Shown: piece by piece, positions 6,648 to 12,545 of the stretch
Layout of the letters: every line of letters starts with the position of its first letter
Position numbering within the stretch: the first letter of the stretch is position 1
Assembly: GCA_043732185.1 (NCBI GenBank)
Contig: JAYTHY010000062.1
Location: 1-12,545, forward strand
Length of the DNA: 12,545 nucleotides
Source: Fibrobacteria bacterium
GTDB lineage: Bacteria; Fibrobacterota; Fibrobacteria; UBA11236
Reading direction: 5' to 3'
The notes under the pieces: generated by a model
Told to the model about the DNA's origin: nothing
The model's database searches: none
What the model saw: only the letters and a program-made list of their open reading frames with translations
Translations under genes and position numbers: made by a program

Positions 6648-7743
6648 TTACTTTTGTTGCCGCTCTGCATCGGCGGCTAACAGATACGCGTTGATAAACC
6701 CGTCGATATTGCCGTTTAAGACGCTATCGGCATCCGTATTTTCAAAATCCGTGCGCGCGTCCTTGACCATTTGATACGGCTGCAAAACATACGAACGGAT
6801 TTGACTGCCCCATTCGATTTTGAGTTTGGAAGCCGCCTTGGCCTCTTTTTTGGCCTCTTCATCGTCGCGGAATTTCTGGTACACTCTGGCGCGCAGCATT
6901 TTGATAGCGCTGGCACGGTTCTTATGTTGGCTGCGCTCATTTTGACAGGACACGACAATGCCGGTCGGCAAATGCGTCATGCGTACGGCGGAGTCCGTTT
7001 TGTTGATATGCTGTCCGCCCGCGCCGCCGGCTCGGAAGGTGTCGACTTTGATATCCTTCTCGTCTAGGTCGAATTCCACTTCTTCGACTTCCGGATACAG
7101 GTAAACGGCGGCGAAGGATGTGTGCCGCCTAGCGTTGGCGTCGAAAGGAGAGATACGCACCAGTCGATGCACGCCTATTTCGGATCGAAGGTATCCAAAA
7201 GCATATTCGCTTTGCACTTCAATCGTGGCGCTTTTGATACCCGCTTCCTCTCCAGGTTGCTCATCCAGGATTTCGTATTTGAAACCCTTTTTCTGCAGCC
7301 AGTAGACGTACATGCGCAGTAGCATACGGGCCCAATCCTGCGACTCCGTACCCCCGGCGCCGGGATGGATACTCAGGATGGCGGGCTTTTCATCATCCTC
7401 ACCGGAGAGCATTTTTTTGAGCTCCAGCTCGCGGACTTTAACCTCTAATCCAACTACGGATTCTTTGGCTTCCTGCAACGAGGCTGCATCTTTGTCCTCC
7501 TCCGCCATGGTGGCGAGCAATTCAAGCTCGTCCGCCTGGGTTTGCAAGGATTTCCACTGATCCAGCCACCACTGGTTGGTTTTGATTTTCTTCTGTACGA
7601 TTTGGGCTTTGGCGATGTCGGACCAGAAACCGGGTTCCGAAGCGGTGCGTTCGAGAAGGGCTACTTCTTCTTCTTTATGAGCGAGGTCAAAGATACCCCC
7701 ATAGGCGTTCTACCCGGGCCTTTAAATTATTGATCTCGTCCAT
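6648..7743 (-). CDS. prfB: Peptide chain release factor 2, translated through a programmed +1 frameshift
   Basis: ATG 7743 gives MDEINNLKARVERLWGYL followed by TGA. The +1 frame continues DLAHKEEEVALLERTASEPGFWSD... into the tracked 299-aa ORF, which has GAGGTESQDW, HRLVRISPFD (RF2 SPF motif), GGQHINKTDSAVR and WGSQIRSYV. SD-like AAGGGG lies upstream. Confidence 0.97.
7686..7701 (-). promoter_or_regulatory. prfB +1 frameshift cassette (internal SD plus CTT TGA C)
   Basis: The minus strand reads TGGGGG TAT CTT TGA C, one base from the canonical AGGGGG TAT CTT TGA C. The TGA is at 7689-7687, after codon 18. Confidence 0.95.
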
Positions 7744-7817
7744 GGTAGAGCCCCTTGAATGACGGCCTTAAAGGTAGTCAAAAGCCAGGGGAAATTCACG
7801 ATACCGGGCCCCTTGGG

Positions 7818-8591
7818 TTAGGCATGACGCACAGGAATTCCCGCAACTGCGAGCTCCTTTTTAATATCCGCAATGCGATACGTACCGTAATGCACCATCG
7901 ACGCGACAAGACCCGCATCCGCTTTGCCCAGCTTAAAGACGTCTACCAGATGGTTTGGAATTCCTGCGCCACCAGAAGCGATAATGGGGACATCGACAGC
8001 TTCAGCTATTTGTCGGGTCAGGTTAATTTCATATCCGTTTTTTGTGCCGTCGGCGTCGATGGAGTTGACGCAGATCTCCCCCACGCCTAATGCCACGGCC
8101 TGTCGCGCCCAGGCCACGGCATCAAGGCCCATGGCTTTACGACCACCTTGCACATAGACCTCGTATCCGGAAGGCAAATCGGCTCGGTCCGATTTTTTAG
8201 CGTCCATTCCCAAGACGATGCATTGATTTCCGAAAGCGCGGGCACCTTGCCGGATAATGTCCGGATTCTGAACTGCTAAGGAATTGAGGCTCACCTTTTC
8301 GGCCCCTGCCAGTAAGACTTCCCGCATGTCTTCCAGATTGCGAATGCCGCCACCTACCGAAAACGGGATAAAGACTTGGCGGGCCACGGCCTTGACCATG
8401 GCGATATCGATGGGACGCTTTTCCGCCGAGGCCATGATATCGTAGAATACCAATTCATCGACACCTTCCAAATAGTATTGCCGACCCATTGCCACCGGAT
8501 CCCCGAGGTCAACGTTCTCTTTGAATTTTACGCCCTTGGTAACCTGCCCGTTACGGACATCCAAGCACACGATAACGCGTTTGGTCAGCAT
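7818..8591 (-). CDS. hisF: Imidazole glycerol phosphate synthase cyclase subunit HisF
   Basis: [77 protein letters not shown] and PIIASGGAG. The true start is ATG 8591, 4 nt after the hisH stop; the track's upstream extension overlaps hisH. Confidence 0.96.
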   Translation of the reverse strand: MLTKRVIVCLDVRNGQVTKGVKFKENVDLGDPVAMGRQYYLEGVDELVFYDIMASAEKRPIDIAMVKAVARQVFIPFSVGGGIRNLEDMREVLLAGAEKVSLNSLAVQNPDIIRQGARAFGNQCIVLGMDAKKSDRADLPSGYEVYVQGGRKAMGLDAVAWARQAVALGVGEICVNSIDADGTKNGYEINLTRQIAEAVDVPIIASGGAGIPNHLVDVFKLGKADAGLVASMVHYGTYRIADIKKELAVAGIPVRHA

Positions 8592-8595
8592 GGAA

Positions 8596-9228
8596 TCAGG
8601 CCTTCCCATTCCAATTGCAGAAATTCTTAAGCAGCGCCAGTCCCCATTGACCGCTTTTTTCCACATGGAATTGGCATGCGACTAAATTGTCCCGGCCAAG
8701 TATAGACGCAAATCGAACTCCGCCGTATTCCGTTTCGGCCAGAACATCGTTTCGGCTGATGGGAGTGGGATAAAAACTATGCACAAAGTAAAATTCTGCG
8801 GCATCGGGAATGCCTTTAAAAATGGGATGCGACTGTCCATGGATCCCCGATCGGTGAACCTGGTTCCAGCCCATATGTGGAACCTTGCTGTCCAGGCTTG
8901 GTTGGAAAGTATCCGTTCCGCCGGGTAGAAAACCCAGGCAAGGTGTGCGGCCATCTTCCAAGCTCCAGTCCATGATGATCTGGCAGCCCACACAAATGCC
9001 CAAAAAAGGTTTGCCTGAGGCGAGGAAGTTTTTGAGAACAGGAGCCAGTCCAGCTTTGTGCAATTCCTCCATGGCGGAACCCGCAGCACCCACGCCAGGA
9101 AACACCAGGCGTTCGGTCGCGGCAATGACAACGGGATCCGCAGTGATGATCGAGTCCTGGCCTATTTCCGCGAGAGCGAGTTGTACGGAAGTGAGATTAC
9201 CGGCCTTATAATCGACTATCGCTATCAT
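8596..9228 (-). CDS. hisH: Imidazole glycerol phosphate synthase glutaminase subunit HisH
   Basis: [21 protein letters not shown], nucleophile elbow [22 protein letters not shown] and QFHVEKS (His-x-Glu of the triad). Confidence 0.96.
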   Translation of the reverse strand: MIAIVDYKAGNLTSVQLALAEIGQDSIITADPVVIAATERLVFPGVGAAGSAMEELHKAGLAPVLKNFLASGKPFLGICVGCQIIMDWSLEDGRTPCLGFLPGGTDTFQPSLDSKVPHMGWNQVHRSGIHGQSHPIFKGIPDAAEFYFVHSFYPTPISRNDVLAETEYGGVRFASILGRDNLVACQFHVEKSGQWGLALLKNFCNWNGKA

Positions 9229-9255
9229 ACTTTACAAACTCCCGATGGATTCCAA

Positions 9256-9274
9256 ACCCCCGCGTCACGGGGGT
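9256..9274 (-). terminator. GC-rich hairpin just after the bioB stop; weak intrinsic terminator or RNA stabilizer
   Basis: The minus strand reads ACCCCCG-TGACG-CGGGGGT followed by TTGG, a perfect 7-bp stem starting 2 nt after the bioB TAA. The U-tract is short. Confidence 0.45.
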
Positions 9275-9276
9275 GG

Positions 9277-10356
9277 TTATTTAGCCAAGCGGTTTTCGCG
9301 CGTGGACAAGCTAACCCTATCGGACAAAGATGGGCCAGTGGATTCCGAGATGTGCTCACCCACTACCTCGAAGCCCATGTCCCGAATCATTTCCACATCC
9401 AAGGAAGCGGCCTGTCCTTCGCTGGTCAGGTAATCACCGACAAAAATGGAATTGGCGACAAAGAGGCCCATGGGCTGTAATGCGCGCAAGTGCAATTCCC
9501 GACCGCCGGCGATACGGATTTCCGTGGCCGGATTGATCAAGCGAAAGAGACAGAGGATCTTGAGGCAGAAATTTGGGGTCAGTTCCTCGTGATGGCCTAG
9601 GGGCGTACCTTTAAAGGGGATCAAGAAGTTGACGGGAATGGAATCCACGACCATCTCCCGTAACCGGAAAGCGACGTCGATAATGTCTTCGCGCGTTTCA
9701 CCCATGCCGAAAAGGGCTCCACTACAGGAGGAAATACCGGCCGCCTGCACTTTGCGCACCGTATCCAGTCGATCGGAATAACCATGGGTACTGCAGACTT
9801 CTCCATAGTGGCGTTCGCTGGTATTCAAATTGTGGTTGTACGCGGTAACGCCGGCGTCATTGAGTTTGGAAGCCTGACCTTCTTTGAGGAGACCAAGACA
9901 GGCGCAGAGTTCTAACTGAGGGAAACGGGCTCTAACGCGCTTAATGGCTTCCGCCACTGCGCCAACATCCTTATCGGAAGGGCCGCGCATTGAAGCGACC
10001 ATGCAGAGGCGGGAAGCGTGATTGGCCACCGCCTTCTCGGCAGCACTTTCAACTTCTTCCGGCGTCATGAGCTTGTATTTGTCTACGGGGACATCGGACA
10101 CCCGGGACTGGGAACAGTACCCGCAATCCTCGGCACAAAGTCCGCTTTGAATATTGACCAGGAAATTAAGTCGAACCCGTTTTCCGAAATGGGCTCTGCG
10201 AACCTTATAGGCGGCCGAAAGCAGGTCCAGAATATCTTCATCCGGCCATTCCAGCACGGAAAGAGCTTCCTCCCGCGACAGTTCCTCACCAGAAAGGCTT
10301 TTTTCAGCCAGGGCGGAGGCGTTGAAGGTGTTGATTAATGTAGGTACGGTTTCCAT
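9277..10356 (-). CDS. bioB: Biotin synthase (radical SAM)
   Basis: SGLCAEDCGYCSQS (CxxxCxxC), RLCMVAS, LCACLG, YNHNLNTS, SCSGALFGMGE, SIPVNFLIPFKGTPL, IRIAGGRE and ANSIFVGDYLT. The [2Fe-2S] ligand positions (three Cys, one Arg) are present. Confidence 0.97.
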   Translation of the reverse strand: METVPTLINTFNASALAEKSLSGEELSREEALSVLEWPDEDILDLLSAAYKVRRAHFGKRVRLNFLVNIQSGLCAEDCGYCSQSRVSDVPVDKYKLMTPEEVESAAEKAVANHASRLCMVASMRGPSDKDVGAVAEAIKRVRARFPQLELCACLGLLKEGQASKLNDAGVTAYNHNLNTSERHYGEVCSTHGYSDRLDTVRKVQAAGISSCSGALFGMGETREDIIDVAFRLREMVVDSIPVNFLIPFKGTPLGHHEELTPNFCLKILCLFRLINPATEIRIAGGRELHLRALQPMGLFVANSIFVGDYLTSEGQAASLDVEMIRDMGFEVVGEHISESTGPSLSDRVSLSTRENRLAK

Positions 10357-10357
10357 T

Positions 10358-10393
10358 TGGGACGGCCTTTGTAAATGGGACTGCCTGTGTAAA
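10358..10393. repeat. Imperfect 18-bp tandem direct repeat, two copies, abutting the bioB start codon
   Basis: TGGGACGGCCTTTGTAAA (10358-10375) and TGGGACTGCCTGTGTAAA (10376-10393) are 16/18 identical. Confidence 0.85.
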
Positions 10394-10452
10394 AGCCCTA
10401 AAATATAGGAAAATCTACTGGTTTAGGACTCCGTCCTGTCCAAGGTTGCCCT

Positions 10453-12545
10453 TCAGGTCTGAATTTCCGGAGTGAATCCGTGCCGCATCGTGTTTTCTGT
10501 GATGCAATACGGATCCACGAATTGAAGCAAATAGCCCGGACCTCCGGCTTTAGTCCCGAGGCCGCTGTGTCCAAAACCACCAAAGGGCTGCCGGTCCACC
10601 AAAGCCCCAGTGGAACCACGGTTGATATACAGATTTCCTACCCGAAATTGCGATCGAGCCGCTTCAATATGCGCCGGACTGCGAGTGTAAACGGCACCGG
10701 TTAGGGAGAACGGTGTTGCAGCCACTATTTCCAAGGCGTGTTCGAAATCCTTGGCTTGCATCACGGCCAAGATTGGACCAAACAATTCCGCTTGCATGAG
10801 TGTATGCCAAGCATCTTCGACTTCAAACACCGCCGGAGCCACAAAATTCCCGCCGACCGGCGGCGTGCCCTGGTAGATCAGGCGTGTACGAGGGCTCGGA
10901 TCCTTTATGGCCGCTTCCAAACGTTGTTGAGCCTCGGCATCGATAACGGGAGAAACATCACAGGCAGGCGATTCCGCCGAACACACTTCCAAATCTTTGC
11001 ACGCGGCTATAAGGCGTTCTAAAAAAGCCTGATATATATCGCCGACTACCACTAGGCGCGAGCAGGCTGAACATTTTTGACCGGCGAATCCAAAAGCACT
11101 GCGCAGAATTCCGATGACGGCCTCGTCCAGATCAGCATCGTCATCGACTATGATGGCATTCTTGCCGCCCATCTCACACACTACTCGTTTGAGACTGCGC
11201 TGGCCAGGGCGCAGTACAGCAGCTTCGCGCAATATTGTTGTACCCACTTGAAGACTGCCCGTGAAGGCTATTTGAGCAATGGCTGGATGGGCAACGAGAT
11301 GTGCGCCGACGACTTCTCCCAGACCCGGAAGAAATTGCACAACACCAGATGGGAATCCAGCTTTCTCCATCGCTTTAAACAGTTCATAGGCGATGGCACT
11401 GGATTGTTCAGCGGGTTTAAGAATCACGGGGTTACCGGCCACCAGGGCAGCTACGGACATGCCGCATAAAATAGCCAGGGGAAAGTTCCAGGGGGCTATG
11501 ATGAGAGTGGGCCCACGACCCTGATAACCCATGCTGTTCATTTCACCGGAAACCTGTGCTTGAGTACGCATCACCAGTTCCGTCAAAGACTGGCGCGCAT
11601 AGTAGCGGCAAAAATCCACGGCTTCAGCCACGTCCAAATCCGCTTCCAGCCACGGCTTTCCCACTTCCAAACACTGCAAGGCCGCAAGGCGTATTCGATC
11701 GCTTTCCAGCACATCCGCTAAAGCTTCAGCCAGCAACGCCCTTTTCCGCAAGGGCTTATCGCGCCAGGCACGGTATGCGCCTTCCGCAGATTGGGCCGCA
11801 GAATCCGCCTGGGAGATCGAGGCAAGTTGGATTTTGGCAACACACATTTTGGAATCATTGGGTGAAAACCATTCCAAGGATGGGGACGATTTCGCCTCTT
11901 GGCCATTTAGTACAATCGGAATGGATAAGGGAAACTGGGACTTCCATGTCTCCAGGGCCTTTTTAAAAGCGTCCCTGGCGGTGGGCAGAGCAAAATCCGT
12001 GCGAGGGCAGTTGCGGAAAGGCGTCGACAAATCGCCCGGTAGCCTATCCGTTACGGTGGAAACGGAATCCCCAGGGTTTGGCAAAGCAGGAGCGTGGGTC
12101 GGCGCAGCCAATAACAATCCGATGTCTTCGCCGTCGTGGTGGCTTTGCCGCAGGAAACCGGAGTTCGAGGTGTTTTCCAAAAGTCGGCGCACCAAGTAAG
12201 CCATGCCGGGGAGCAGCGCACCCACAGGAGAATAAACGCGTACCCGATATTTCCGGGCGCGCAGCACTTTGCGCTCGGGTTCGGCCATGCCATACAGCAT
12301 TTGAATTTCAAATGCATTAGCCGGAACCTTGAGGTCCTCGGCCGTTGCAATAGCATGCACTAGAGAGCGGAGGTTATGGCTTCCAAAAGCCGGAGGCAAA
12401 TGCGCATGGTGTATCAATAATTCCCGCGAGAGCATTTCATATTGGATATCTGAATCCGCCTTGCGAGTCAGCACCGGACAAGGCAGTCCCCACTGCGCCG
12501 CCATGGCCACTTCATAATCCCAGTACGCGCCTTTAACCAACCTAA
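10453..12545 (-). CDS. putA: Bifunctional proline dehydrogenase / L-glutamate-gamma-semialdehyde dehydrogenase PutA (3' part; start beyond the right edge)
   Basis: PRODH motifs RLVKGAYWDYE, FGSHN, FEIQMLYGM and AYLVRRLLEN are followed by the ALDH domain (EAVDFCRYYA, IAPWNFPLAI, FTGS, EMGGKNA, GQKCSA, ELFGP, GNLYINR, QPFGG). The frame stays open to the window end, so the track's TTG start is not the true start. Confidence 0.96.
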   Translation of the reverse strand, partial: RLVKGAYWDYEVAMAAQWGLPCPVLTRKADSDIQYEMLSRELLIHHAHLPPAFGSHNLRSLVHAIATAEDLKVPANAFEIQMLYGMAEPERKVLRARKYRVRVYSPVGALLPGMAYLVRRLLENTSNSGFLRQSHHDGEDIGLLLAAPTHAPALPNPGDSVSTVTDRLPGDLSTPFRNCPRTDFALPTARDAFKKALETWKSQFPLSIPIVLNGQEAKSSPSLEWFSPNDSKMCVAKIQLASISQADSAAQSAEGAYRAWRDKPLRKRALLAEALADVLESDRIRLAALQCLEVGKPWLEADLDVAEAVDFCRYYARQSLTELVMRTQAQVSGEMNSMGYQGRGPTLIIAPWNFPLAILCGMSVAALVAGNPVILKPAEQSSAIAYELFKAMEKAGFPSGVVQFLPGLGEVVGAHLVAHPAIAQIAFTGSLQVGTTILREAAVLRPGQRSLKRVVCEMGGKNAIIVDDDADLDEAVIGILRSAFGFAGQKCSACSRLVVVGDIYQAFLERLIAACKDLEVCSAESPACDVSPVIDAEAQQRLEAAIKDPSPRTRLIYQGTPPVGGNFVAPAVFEVEDAWHTLMQAELFGPILAVMQAKDFEHALEIVAATPFSLTGAVYTRSPAHIEAARSQFRVGNLYINRGSTGALVDRQPFGGFGHSGLGTKAGGPGYLLQFVDPYCITENTMRHGFTPEIQT

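Noticed and set aside
6648..7547. prfB as a truncated 299-aa gene or pseudogene
   Set aside because: The canonical programmed frameshift explains it, and the true start is at 7743.
7750..7815. CAAGGGGC occurring twice in the hisF-prfB spacer
   Set aside because: It is only 8 bp, one copy is the prfB SD, and there is no further structure.
8592..8666. N-terminal extension of hisF in the track
   Set aside because: It overlaps the hisH C-terminus. The canonical HisF start MLTKR is at 8591.
10358..10393. Tandem repeat as a CRISPR remnant or BirA operator
   Set aside because: There are only two abutting 18-bp copies, with no spacers or cas genes. The orientation is direct, not palindromic as BirA requires.
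10397..10437. Short inverted repeats CCTA-AAATA-TAGG and AGGAC-TCC-GTCCT between putA and bioB
   Set aside because: The 4-5 bp stems have no convincing U-tract and are expected by chance.
10398..10619. 73-aa minus-strand ORF overlapping the putA end
   Set aside because: It lies mostly in an alternative frame of putA, with no motif or RBS.
16..12517. Numerous plus-strand ORFs in the track (e.g. 2176-2769, 3024-3731, 4411-5061, 5372-5908)
   Set aside because: All lie antisense to well-supported conserved genes and show no recognisable motifs. They are shadow ORFs.

Overview
A housekeeping region with eleven genes, all on the minus strand. In transcription order: putA (5'-truncated by the window edge), bioB, hisH, hisF, prfB (programmed +1 frameshift), lysS, lolC/E-type permease, lolD, mcsA-like, mcsB-like, clpC (3'-truncated). 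LysS sequence features suggest an FCB-group bacterium, possibly Fibrobacterota (inference only). I see no mobile elements, CRISPR arrays or RNA genes. The most unusual part is the mcsA-mcsB-clpC module. The McsB homolog is full length but has replaced most phosphagen-kinase catalytic and ATP-binding residues, so it is a predicted pseudokinase. McsA keeps only two of the usual four CxxC motifs, no ctsR lies upstream, and ClpC still has both phosphoarginine-binding motifs. Smaller observations: an 18-bp tandem repeat directly upstream of bioB, a 14-codon mini-ORF overlapping both lysS and lolC/E, and a CIRCE-like inverted repeat with a 2-nt spacer upstream of clpC. All alignments were done by eye against remembered family motifs; no searches were run.
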